From positions 455-64,454 of IMG/VR virus record IMGVR_UViG_3300047476_002143: a DNA stretch of 64,000 nucleotides; one strand, given 5' to 3'. The DNA is from a virus. Its lineage: Duplodnaviria > Caudoviricetes. This document shows positions 55,144 to 64,000 of the stretch, in pieces; positions within the stretch are counted from its first letter, which is position 1, and every line of letters begins with the position of its first letter. The position numbers were made by a program, and so were the translations under genes. The notes under the pieces are model-generated. The model saw only the letters and a program-made list of their open reading frames with translations, was not told the origin of the DNA and did no database searches.

Positions 55144-56976
55144 ATGGCGGATAACAATTTAACAGTTTGGCAACGATTAGGACAAGCATTCGGACCTAAC
55201 TCACTTTTGGGTCAGGATTATCCTACGTTCAAATTTGATAAAAAAGAGTTATTAAGAACTCAAGATAGGGCAACATACGAAAGAGAAAAACTACAGGCAC
55301 AACAAACATATTACATTGCAAATCAATGGGCTAAGATTGAAAATAACCTTTACTCCCAAGCCATATATTACGAACCGTCAAGATTATCTGCAACATACGA
55401 TTATGAATCGATGGAGTATACTCCAGAAATATCGGCAGCATTAGACATATATGCGGAAGAATCCACAACAGTTAATGAAGATGGGTTTATGCTCCAAATT
55501 TATTCGGAATCAAAAAGAATCAAAGCGGTATTAGCCGATTTATTCAATAACACATTGGACATCAATACAAACTTACCAATGTGGACAAGAAACACATGTA
55601 AGTATGGAGATAACTTTGTTTATTTGAAACTTGACCCTGAAAAAGGTATTGTCGGTTGTCAACAATTACCAAACATAGAAATTGAAAGACATGAAATCGG
55701 AATGATGGAAAAAACTCCTGTGGTTCCGGGCAAAACAGAAGCAAAAAGGCAGTTGACCTTCGAGTGGAAAACAAAACAAATGACATTCCAAACATGGGAA
55801 ATCTCTCATTTCAGACTTCTCGGGGATGACAGAAAACTACCGTATGGTACTTCAATGTTAGAAAAAGCAAGAAGAACGTGGAAACAACTATTGCTATCTG
55901 AAGATGCTATGATGATTTATAGAACGTCAAGAGCACCTGAAAGAAGAGTATTTAAAGTTTTTGTTGGGAATATGAATGATGATGACGTTGAGGCATATGT
56001 AAACAGGGTTGCGGATAAATTTAAGAGACAACAAGTTATAGACTCTAAGACAGGAAATGTTGATATGAGATTCAACCAAATGGCGGTTGACCAAGATTAT
56101 TTTATTCCTGTGAGGGACCCATCAACTCCATCACCAATAGAAACCTTGCCAGGTGCAACAAACCTTTCTGAAATAGCCGACATCGAGTATATTCAGAAAA
56201 AATTATTGACAGCACTTAGAGTTCCAAAAGCGTTTTTAGGATTCGAGGAAGTGGTGGGTGATGGTAAAAATCTCTCATTGCAAGACATACGTTTTGCGAG
56301 AACTATTAATAGAATTCAAAAAAGTATGATTCAAGAACTTAACAAAGTTGCAATCATACATTTATTTTTATTAGGTTTTGAAGATGAAATAGATAACTTC
56401 ACACTAGGACTGACAAATCCATCCACACAAGCAGATTTACTCAAAATAGATGTTTGGAAGGAGAAAGTCTTACTATATAAAGACTTGGTAATGGACCCTG
56501 GAAACGGTATTGCCGCCACCTCTTCTACCTGGGCTAAAAAACATATATTCAATTTCTCGGATGATGAAATTAGAACTGACTTACTACAACAAAGATTGGA
56601 AAGAGCCATAGGTGAAGAATTGAAACAAACACCAACAGTAATTAGCAAAACAGGTTTATTCGACAATATAGATAAGCTTTATGGTCAGGCAAGTGGTGGT
56701 ACAGTTACTTCATCTAACGAAACACCTATGAGTGGTGGTTTAGAACCTCTAAGCCCTGATTTTGGTGCTGAAGGGGGTGAAGAGCCTACGCCTCCGCCGC
56801 CACCTCCACCTGGAGGTGAAGGAGAAGCATCTGTAACTCCAGAATCAAAAATTGAAAGATTAAATATTTTGGTTGAAAATAATGTATTAGAAGGTCAAAG
56901 TTTCATAAACTTGAGTCAAGGGAGAGATTCTTTGGGAGAAATTGACAAAGAACTTGATAAGTTATTAAATCTCTAA
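55144..56976 (+). CDS. Portal protein (T4 gp20-like)
   Basis: PYGTSMLE.ARR, EDAMMIYR.SRAPERRVF, DYFIP, IETLPG. Confidence 0.93.
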   Translation: MADNNLTVWQRLGQAFGPNSLLGQDYPTFKFDKKELLRTQDRATYEREKLQAQQTYYIANQWAKIENNLYSQAIYYEPSRLSATYDYESMEYTPEISAALDIYAEESTTVNEDGFMLQIYSESKRIKAVLADLFNNTLDINTNLPMWTRNTCKYGDNFVYLKLDPEKGIVGCQQLPNIEIERHEIGMMEKTPVVPGKTEAKRQLTFEWKTKQMTFQTWEISHFRLLGDDRKLPYGTSMLEKARRTWKQLLLSEDAMMIYRTSRAPERRVFKVFVGNMNDDDVEAYVNRVADKFKRQQVIDSKTGNVDMRFNQMAVDQDYFIPVRDPSTPSPIETLPGATNLSEIADIEYIQKKLLTALRVPKAFLGFEEVVGDGKNLSLQDIRFARTINRIQKSMIQELNKVAIIHLFLLGFEDEIDNFTLGLTNPSTQADLLKIDVWKEKVLLYKDLVMDPGNGIAATSSTWAKKHIFNFSDDEIRTDLLQQRLERAIGEELKQTPTVISKTGLFDNIDKLYGQASGGTVTSSNETPMSGGLEPLSPDFGAEGGEEPTPPPPPPPGGEGEASVTPESKIERLNILVENNVLEGQSFINLSQGRDSLGEIDKELDKLLNL

Positions 56977-57006
56977 TATTTATATTCAAATTAAATAAAA
57001 TTTTAT

Positions 57007-57711
57007 ATGACATTCGGTTTAATAAAGTCCATAATAGAAGAGAATCTCTTAGAGTCTTACAAAGATGAAAAATCATTCAAAAGAGCAATGAATGAGTTCA
57101 AACAAAATATTTTGAACAATAAAGATATTTCCAAAGTTTATGCTTTGTATGATGAACTTTCTAAACCACAAGGTCTGTCTGTAGACGATGCAAAAGACTA
57201 CTTGTCTGAGGGAATTTCGGTAATTCAAAAGTTACTCGAAAAAATTAAGCTTCCAAAAGTTATTGGTGAGTCTAAGGTTATTAACAAATATAAACTTATT
57301 GATGACTTAGTTTACCTAAATAATGTTTCTAACTTATTCGAAAGAGTGGAAATAAAAAAACAAATTATTAAAAATTTACAAGGAAAATCAAAAATTTCTG
57401 AAGGTCACATCAATCTACCGATAAGTAGCATGGTTAAAATTGCAAATCAAACTATTAATAGTTATATCGATGGGTTAGATGAAGAATCAAAGAAAGAATT
57501 CTTTGAAATTATTAAAGAAGATAATTCTACCTTAGAAAGTAAATTTGTATCACTAAAGGAAATGGCGCTTGCAAAATTAGTACCTTTAGCAGAACTACAA
57601 AATGACAATGATACTAAAAATAAAATCGAAGAGACAATTAAAAAAATAGAAGAAGATACATTTAGTCAACTTAACTTTTTGAAGTTGAAAAAACTACATC
57701 AGTCTCTCTAA
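57007..57711 (+). CDS. Hypothetical protein in the head module
   Basis: ORF after TATTTATA. Confidence 0.7.
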   Translation: MTFGLIKSIIEENLLESYKDEKSFKRAMNEFKQNILNNKDISKVYALYDELSKPQGLSVDDAKDYLSEGISVIQKLLEKIKLPKVIGESKVINKYKLIDDLVYLNNVSNLFERVEIKKQIIKNLQGKSKISEGHINLPISSMVKIANQTINSYIDGLDEESKKEFFEIIKEDNSTLESKFVSLKEMALAKLVPLAELQNDNDTKNKIEETIKKIEEDTFSQLNFLKLKKLHQSL

Positions 57712-57893
57712 GAATTTTTAATTTTTTGTGTATAAACCGCTTTTAAAATCTGTTTTCTTTTGATTACAGATTTTTTTGTATACTCCTTTTTGTCATGCAA
57801 TTTTTGTTGTTGCTTGGTTTTTATAACCTTAGACTTGAGTACTTTGAGGGCTCTTTCGATACTATCTTTTCCTTTTATTTCAACAATTAACAT
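57708..57893 (-). CDS. rpsU: Ribosomal protein bS21
   Basis: MLIVEIK..DSIERALK.LK.K..KT.....L...KEY.K.SV..R....KA.Y, Bacteroidota-like. Confidence 0.9.
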   Translation of the reverse strand: MLIVEIKGKDSIERALKVLKSKVIKTKQQQKLHDKKEYTKKSVIKRKQILKAVYTQKIKNS

Positions 57894-57987
57894 ATATTAC
57901 AAATATCGCGAATTATACAAAACTTTGACTAACAGTTTATAATGTGTTATGTTTATAAAAAAAATAAACTAAGTAATATGAAACTGA

Positions 57988-58416
57988 ATGAAAAAAGGGA
58001 AAAGTGTGAAAATGAACTTGTCATCATCTTTTAAATCTATGTATGGTACGGTAGATTCTAAAAATTTGAAATCATTATATATAAACATACAATCTTGGGT
58101 TTTACCAAAAACAGAATTAGATAATTGGAACAGAGTTGTTTGTAACCTAAGTAGAGAACTAAAACACACAGTATTTGATTCCATAGATACTTCAGTTTTT
58201 GTAAAGAACACAATCGTCGATTTGGACCTGAGAACTAGTGGAATTTGTTCAGGAAAAAAATCATTTTTTAATTTAGAAATCAATCTTTTTTTAGAGAAAC
58301 AAGTAGATTTCAAATCATCAGAATTAAAGGATTCAATCAAAAAAATTGTCAGAAACATCCAAAAAACAAACATAATTAACAACGACTATTTCGAATTTTC
58401 TATAACTAAAAAGTAA
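57988..58416 (+). CDS. Hypothetical protein
   Basis: ORF between rpsU and the protease. Confidence 0.7.
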   Translation: MKKGKSVKMNLSSSFKSMYGTVDSKNLKSLYINIQSWVLPKTELDNWNRVVCNLSRELKHTVFDSIDTSVFVKNTIVDLDLRTSGICSGKKSFFNLEINLFLEKQVDFKSSELKDSIKKIVRNIQKTNIINNDYFEFSITKK

Positions 58417-58464
58417 AAATCATAAACTATTCTTTAATTGAAATATTTATTTAAAAAAAAGTTA

Positions 58465-59187
58465 ATGGAAAAAAAATTAAGAATCCTCGAAGCCCACGAA
58501 GTAGGACATGGAATATTGATAGAAATGGATGCTGGATTTGTTTCTCCTGTTTCAGGTGAAAATCTAAAATTTATAAAAGAAGGTAAACAATTTGATTATA
58601 GAAACCCTTTCGAATTTTATGCGGTTCTACAAAAATACGACACACCAAATAGAAATGGTAGAACCTATTCTGAAAAGATTTTAAAGAGAGAATCAGAAAA
58701 ATATAAGACATTAATCGAAAAGGGATTGGCTACTTCAGAATTAAATCACCCTGAGTCATCTCTGATTGATTTAGACAGGGTATCTCACGCAATAACTGAT
58801 ATATGGTGGGATAAAAATATCTTGATGGGAAAACTAAAATTATTAACTTCCCCAGGTTTTCATGAAAGAGGTATTGTGACGACAAAGGGAGATATTGCCG
58901 CAAATCTATTGAGACAAGGGGTTACTTTGGGTATATCATCAAGGGGTGTTGGTTCTCTGAAAAAGGTTGGAGACAGAAACGAAGTACAAGATGATTTTGA
59001 ATTGATTTGTTTCGACTTAGTTTCTTCACCTTCTACACCTGGGGCATATCTTTTTGACGATGTTAGTGAAAGAGAAAAATATGACGAGAACTTGGATGAA
59101 GAAAGAAAGATTAGAATGGGTACGGAACCAAAACTTAACCAGTCTATTGATTTAATGAAAAAATTAACCGATTATTTGTCAAAATAA
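58465..59187 (+). CDS. Prohead core protease (T4 gp21-like)
   Basis: NRNGRTY, ELNHP, GISSRGVGS, FDLVSSPS.PGA. Confidence 0.93.
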   Translation: MEKKLRILEAHEVGHGILIEMDAGFVSPVSGENLKFIKEGKQFDYRNPFEFYAVLQKYDTPNRNGRTYSEKILKRESEKYKTLIEKGLATSELNHPESSLIDLDRVSHAITDIWWDKNILMGKLKLLTSPGFHERGIVTTKGDIAANLLRQGVTLGISSRGVGSLKKVGDRNEVQDDFELICFDLVSSPSTPGAYLFDDVSEREKYDENLDEERKIRMGTEPKLNQSIDLMKKLTDYLSK

Positions 59188-59192
59188 TCAGT

Positions 59193-59405
59193 ATGGATGA
59201 GAAATATTTTGTTGCGAAAGTAACATATGATTTACCTGATGATAATACAGGTAAAGTAAAAAAAATTAGAGAAGAAAAACTTGTTAAAGGTTATTCTGTA
59301 ACAGATGTTGAAGCAAAAGTTACAAAAAAATATGAAAGTTTTTCTTATGATTGGAGAATAACTTCAGTTTCAGAAAGTAAAATTGATGAAGTTATCGAAG
59401 ATTAA
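59193..59405 (+). CDS. Small conserved Bacteroidota-type protein (DUF4494-like)
   Basis: YF.AKV.Y.....GK.KK..E..LV...S.T..EA. Confidence 0.6.
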   Translation: MDEKYFVAKVTYDLPDDNTGKVKKIREEKLVKGYSVTDVEAKVTKKYESFSYDWRITSVSESKIDEVIED

Positions 59406-59532
59406 AAATTTAAAAGTGGTCAATTTCGACCACTTTTTTTATGCCCTGTAATTAATAATTTATTGAAAATAACCATTTAATACAAACTTTTTTAAACAAT
59501 GGAACTATTTATTGTTTAAAATAGGAAAAACT

Positions 59533-61008
59533 ATGCAAGAAAATAAGAATCTTGTTGAAGAGGCACTCATTCAAATGAAAAATGTTGAAGAAGCTATTGC
59601 CGAAAATGCAAAAGGAATACTTGCTTCTACTATGAAGGAAGAAATCAGCCAATTAGTAAAAGAATCTCTTTCTGAACAAGAAGAGTTGGATTTAGACGCA
59701 GATGTTGACATGGCATCGGCAGATGACGATGATGATACAGATGTATCTATTGACGCTGATATGACTTCTGACGACGACTCAGATGAAATGGAGGTAGATA
59801 TGGATATGGATGTTGATTCTGATAATCCAATCGATTTATCTGATGCATCCGACGAGTTTATTTTGAAAGTATTTAAGTCTATGGGTGAAGATGACGGCAT
59901 CATCGTAAAAAAAGACGGTGACGACATTCATTTAACTGACAACAATACTGACTCAGAATATCTTGTTAAAAACTTAGGTGAATCTGAAGAAGAAAATTAT
60001 GAAAATATGGAATACAACGAACAAGAAGACGAAGATGTTCAAGACGTAATAGACGCTATTTTCTCAGACAGTTCTGACGTTTCTGATGATTCAGGTTCGG
60101 ACGAAGTTATGGATGACGAAGATGAAGTTGTTTATGAAATTGAATTTACTGAAGACGATGATTCTGACGATGAAATCGAAGAGTCTGAAGAAATGGACGA
60201 ATCTGATGATATGGATGAGTCTGAAGAAATGGACGAATCTGATGATATGGATGAGTCTGAAGAAATGGACGAAGAAAATTGGCAGATGGACGAATCTTAT
60301 AGTCATAAGAAGTCAAAAAAAGTAGAAACAAAAGAAAGTAAAATGTCCGTTAAACCTAAAGGTGTTGGAATGGGTAAAGCTAAATTCTCTTATAAGAAAT
60401 CATCAGGTGGTTTCAGTGAGGACAAAAAAGAAGGTCCTAAAACTATGGGAACTGGCAAAGCTAAATTCGAATACAAGAAAGGTGAAAACATGGAAGGGGA
60501 TAACAAAATTGTTAAGAAATCTGAAACAAAAGAAGCTGCTAGAACTTTAGGATTCGGTCCTAAAAAAGGAGCTTTGAGAAAAGGTATCACAAACAATAGA
60601 AATATGATGGAGTCCCTAGAAACAGAAGTTAGTTCTTTGAGAGAAAAGAATGAAGAGTACAGAAAGGCATTGAATGTATTTAGAGAAAAACTCAACGAAG
60701 TTGCAATTTTTAACTCTAATCTAGCATATGCTACAAGACTTTTCACTGAACACTCAACAACTAAAAAAGAAAAAATAAACATTCTTAGAAGATTCGACGA
60801 TGTTGATTCACTTAAAGAGTCTAAAGGACTTTATAAAGTTATCAAAGAAGAATTGACTAAGACTGAAACAAAATCAATAAATGAATCTGTTGGTAACAAA
60901 TTGACAAAATCTGTACAATCAGGTTCATCAACTACTTTAATCGAAAGTAAAACATATGAAAATCCTCAATTCATGAGAATTAAGGACTTGATTACTAAGA
61001 TTAGGTAA
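59533..61008 (+). CDS. Prohead scaffold/core protein (gp22-like by position)
   Basis: Very acidic, C-terminal coiled coil, directly upstream of the capsid gene. Confidence 0.75.
   Translation: MQENKNLVEEALIQMKNVEEAIAENAKGILASTMKEEISQLVKESLSEQEELDLDADVDMASADDDDDTDVSIDADMTSDDDSDEMEVDMDMDVDSDNPIDLSDASDEFILKVFKSMGEDDGIIVKKDGDDIHLTDNNTDSEYLVKNLGESEEENYENMEYNEQEDEDVQDVIDAIFSDSSDVSDDSGSDEVMDDEDEVVYEIEFTEDDDSDDEIEESEEMDESDDMDESEEMDESDDMDESEEMDEENWQMDESYSHKKSKKVETKESKMSVKPKGVGMGKAKFSYKKSSGGFSEDKKEGPKTMGTGKAKFEYKKGENMEGDNKIVKKSETKEAARTLGFGPKKGALRKGITNNRNMMESLETEVSSLREKNEEYRKALNVFREKLNEVAIFNSNLAYATRLFTEHSTTKKEKINILRRFDDVDSLKESKGLYKVIKEELTKTETKSINESVGNKLTKSVQSGSSTTLIESKTYENPQFMRIKDLITKIR
60181..60273 (+). 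repeat. 36-bp coding tandem repeat (ESEEMDESDDMD, about 2.5 copies)
   Basis: GAGTCTGAAGAAATGGACGAATCTGATGATATGGAT repeated. Confidence 0.85.
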
Positions 61009-61045
61009 AAAAATAAATAAACAAGAAAAAAATAAAATTCACAAA

Positions 61046-62851
61046 ATGGGAGCTTTATTAGAATCAGGTCTTGTTGGTAACATCGGTCTTAAGCACCTTA
61101 AAGTTATCAAAGAAGACACAATCAGCAAATGGGATGGCCTAGGTTTCTTAGAGGGACTTAAAGGTCACATGAAAGAGAACGTGGCTCAACTTTATGAGAA
61201 CCAAGCGTCTCACTTAATTAACGAAGCATCAACTACAGCAGACTCAGGTGCTTTCGAAACAGTTGTATTTCCAATTATCAGAAGAGTATTCTCTAAGTTA
61301 TTGGCTAACGACATCGTATCTGTACAAGCAATGAACTTACCTATTGGTAAATTGTTCTATTTCGTACCTCAAATTCAGAATTACCAAAATGCTGCAAATC
61401 AGCACTACGCACCTTACGGAGCACCGAACGGTCCTTCTGACCCTAACTCAGGTTACGATTGGAACCAAGGAAGGGACCTTTATGATAGATTTTATGAAGG
61501 TAATGAACCAGCATTAGACCCTCCAGGTCTTTTTGATTATTCTAAAGGTCAGTTTTCTGCTATCACAGGTGATGCAGTAACTGCGGTTTGGAATAGTTCA
61601 ACACTCAACCTTACTCCTTCTGGTTATACAGCAGGTGATGGTCCTGACGCAGGTGCTTATAGAAAGGTATTGATTGTTATGTCAGGTTTCGCTCAAGTAG
61701 CGGCTGGTAAGTTAATCGGTCCAGATGGTAACCCAATCGACAACGAATCTTTCTTGTCTGATTTGACTATCTACGGTTCTTCTGCAAACGCTTACACATC
61801 AGGTAACACATCTAACCCTTATCTTTTCAGAGTTGTAACTCAAAGATATGGTAAAGGTATCGTTCAGTATGGTAACAATAACGTTGAAGCTATATTCCCA
61901 GATTCGAAAACAGGTGGTGGATACTATGACAACATCTGTGACGTTAATGGACTTATCTATTTAGAGGTTGACCTTCAAGTACCATGTACTGTAGGACAAA
62001 ATTCTCTTGATGGTTATTCTGGTTCAACTTTCGAATCTACAGCGGGAATCAACAACGCGTTTGTACCTGTTTACAGAATCTACAAGAATCTTGAATTCGA
62101 AGACAGAATTGGTGAGGTTTCTTTCGACCTTCAGTCTGTAACAGTTTCTGTAACTGAAAGAAAATTAAGAGCACAATGGTCACCAGAAATGGCACAAGAC
62201 GTTGCAGCTTTCCACAACATCGACGCTGAAGCTGAATTGACAGCTTTATTGTCTGAGCAAGTTGCTGCTGAAATCGATAGAGAAATCTTGAGAGACCTTA
62301 GAAAAGGTGCAGCTTGGAACTTGAGATGGGACTACAACGGTTGGAAGAGATTAGGAAACCAAGCGGTTCCTTATACTCAGAAAGACTGGAACCAAACTCT
62401 TATCACTGCAATCAACCAAATTTCAGCTCAAATCCATAAGTCTACTCTTAGAGGTGGCGCTAACTGGATTGTTGTATCTTCTGAAATCAGTGCAATCTTT
62501 GATGACTTGGAGTATTTCCACGTTTCAAACGCAGCTCCTGAACAAGACCAATACAACATGGGTATCGAAAGAATCGGTACACTTGCAGGTAGATATCAAG
62601 TTTACAGAGACCCTTACTTCCCAGCTAACCAAGTTCTTCTTGGTCACAAAGGAACGTCTCTTCTTGACACTGGTTACATTTACGCACCATATGTACCTTT
62701 ACAACTTACTCCAACAATGTACAATCCATTCAACTTCACACCTATCAAGGGTATCATGACAAGATACGCTAAGAAAATGGTTAACAACCGTTTCTATGGT
62801 AGAATCACAGTTGATGGTGTAAGAACATTCGATTTGAGAGAGTTGAGATAA
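61046..62851 (+). CDS. Major capsid protein (T4 gp23-like)
   Basis: IVSVQAM..P.G..FY, RKLRAQWSPE.AQD..A.H..DAEAEL, EIDREI, YAPYVPL, GIMTRY. Confidence 0.96.
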   Translation: MGALLESGLVGNIGLKHLKVIKEDTISKWDGLGFLEGLKGHMKENVAQLYENQASHLINEASTTADSGAFETVVFPIIRRVFSKLLANDIVSVQAMNLPIGKLFYFVPQIQNYQNAANQHYAPYGAPNGPSDPNSGYDWNQGRDLYDRFYEGNEPALDPPGLFDYSKGQFSAITGDAVTAVWNSSTLNLTPSGYTAGDGPDAGAYRKVLIVMSGFAQVAAGKLIGPDGNPIDNESFLSDLTIYGSSANAYTSGNTSNPYLFRVVTQRYGKGIVQYGNNNVEAIFPDSKTGGGYYDNICDVNGLIYLEVDLQVPCTVGQNSLDGYSGSTFESTAGINNAFVPVYRIYKNLEFEDRIGEVSFDLQSVTVSVTERKLRAQWSPEMAQDVAAFHNIDAEAELTALLSEQVAAEIDREILRDLRKGAAWNLRWDYNGWKRLGNQAVPYTQKDWNQTLITAINQISAQIHKSTLRGGANWIVVSSEISAIFDDLEYFHVSNAAPEQDQYNMGIERIGTLAGRYQVYRDPYFPANQVLLGHKGTSLLDTGYIYAPYVPLQLTPTMYNPFNFTPIKGIMTRYAKKMVNNRFYGRITVDGVRTFDLRELR

Positions 62852-62871
62852 TATGGTCTGAACCAAAATAT

Positions 62872-62898
62872 AAAGGGTCCCTTTTGGGACCCTTTTTT
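62872..62898 (+). terminator. Intrinsic terminator after the capsid gene
   Basis: AAAGGGTCCC-TTTT-GGGACCCTTTTTT. Confidence 0.85.
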
Positions 62899-62926
62899 AT
62901 TGTTCTAAATATTTATAATAAAAAAT

Positions 62927-63712
62927 ATGATTACTCAATCTTGGAATATTAATGAGGAAGAAAAAAATCGTATACTACGATTACATGAAAACGCAACTAA
63001 AAATCATTATCTAACAGAACAATTTCAAACAAAAAATGTAGTTGATTTCGGAAGTGTATTTCCTAGTGGAGAATATGAGTTGGGCTCTAAATTTTCCAAT
63101 GAGGTGAATGATAAGGTTCAGGATATAGTAAGATTTATAAAAGGAAAAAATTTGAAGAGTGTTACAATTGAAATTGAGTCTGGTGAATCCAGAGTAACAA
63201 ATCAGGCACCATTCACAACACCTGGCTCTTTAGCCGAAGCAAGGGCAAATTCTCTAAAATCTTATTTACAATCTGTTTTACCTAAACTGATAAACTTCAA
63301 ACCGAATATAATTGTAAAACAACCAATAATTGGAAGTACTCCTTACAAAATAGGTGACAATAAAGATGACCCAAGTTATACCAAAGAACAATTTGTAAGA
63401 GCAAATATTATATCTAATGCAGATACAGACATCGAACAAAGTTCTTCTGTCATGGAACCAATATACCTAAATAAAAGAATCGTTGCATTAATTAATACGA
63501 AGTCTAGAGATTCTAAATCAATTGCTTCCACAGGCAATATAGATATATCAAGAACGGATTTAGATTTTAATGTTGTTAAAAAAGATTCAACAATTATTGA
63601 AAAAACATATAAAGTTCCTTGGCAATGGTGGAATAAGAATGTTACAACTAATGAAATATCACAAGAAAATTATGATTATATCATTAATACTTTTCCTTCA
63701 ACAAAGCCTTAG
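62927..63712 (+). CDS. Hypothetical protein with an OmpA-like fold signature, probably virion-associated
   Basis: F.SG.Y.L, IE.GES.V.N, LA.ARA..LK.YL, EQFV. Confidence 0.6.
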   Translation: MITQSWNINEEEKNRILRLHENATKNHYLTEQFQTKNVVDFGSVFPSGEYELGSKFSNEVNDKVQDIVRFIKGKNLKSVTIEIESGESRVTNQAPFTTPGSLAEARANSLKSYLQSVLPKLINFKPNIIVKQPIIGSTPYKIGDNKDDPSYTKEQFVRANIISNADTDIEQSSSVMEPIYLNKRIVALINTKSRDSKSIASTGNIDISRTDLDFNVVKKDSTIIEKTYKVPWQWWNKNVTTNEISQENYDYIINTFPSTKP

Positions 63713-63890
63713 AGTTAGCCACAGAATCAACGTATTTTAAATAGAAGACCCTTAGAGAATCTCTGAGGGTTTTTTCATTTACCACTTTACCATTCCATGT
63801 CCAAATAATCGGTTTTTCCGATTTTTTCGTTTGTGAGAAAGATAGAATAGAAATAAATAAAAAAAGTATAAATAAACTTGTTTTTCTCAT
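63684..63890 (-). CDS. Small secreted protein
   Basis: Signal peptide ending SFSQ; TATATTTG upstream. Confidence 0.55.
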   Translation of the reverse strand: MRKTSLFILFLFISILSFSQTKKSEKPIIWTWNGKVVNEKTLRDSLRVFYLKYVDSVANSKALLKEKY

Positions 63891-64000
63891 TATTAGTAGT
63901 TTTACGCAAATATATAGTAAATCTACTATTTCAAAAAAGTATTTGATTATTTTTTTCCAATATTTTATAACCCAATTTTATTCTAGGTTCTAATTGTGGT

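Noticed and set aside
60181-60273. CRISPR-like array
   Set aside because: An in-frame coding tandem repeat without spacers; no CRISPR array was seen in the window.
1-64000. Alternative genetic code (stop-codon recoding)
   Set aside because: Core genes are full length in code 11, TAG and TGA end genes normally, and no clear suppressor tRNA was found.

Overview
This 64 kb window comes from an AT-rich, T4-like large (jumbo-type) dsDNA phage. The host is almost certainly Bacteroidota: TAnnTTTG promoters, A-rich SD-less starts, Bacteroidota-type TonB receptors and a bS21 gene beside the head module. The right end carries the head module (terminase, portal, rpsU/bS21, prohead protease, scaffold, gp23-like capsid). 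The middle is a translation-support region with 22 tRNA genes (tRNA-Leu(UAA) carries a group I intron with an HNH ORF), three aberrant tRNA-like elements, a tmRNA, about ten unexplained structured spacers, ClpP, a ClpC-like ATPase, Hsp20 and RNA-repair enzymes. The main finding is a set of short leader ORFs, too small for the ORF track, each coupled to mutually exclusive terminator/antiterminator hairpins. In two cases the leader codons spell out the amino acids of the tRNA cluster downstream: NPAPANGDGN before tRNA-Pro/Asn/Asp/Gly/Ala, and KHIVISKQQFSCWYCH before tRNA-Gln/Ile/Phe/Lys/His/Cys/Trp/Tyr. This suggests ribosome-stalling attenuators that switch on phage tRNA arrays when the matching tRNAs run short. 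Also notable is a thyA gene split in two by a free-standing MobE-like HNH gene, with a duplicated helical segment shared between the halves. All calls were made by eye, with no database searches or folding programs.
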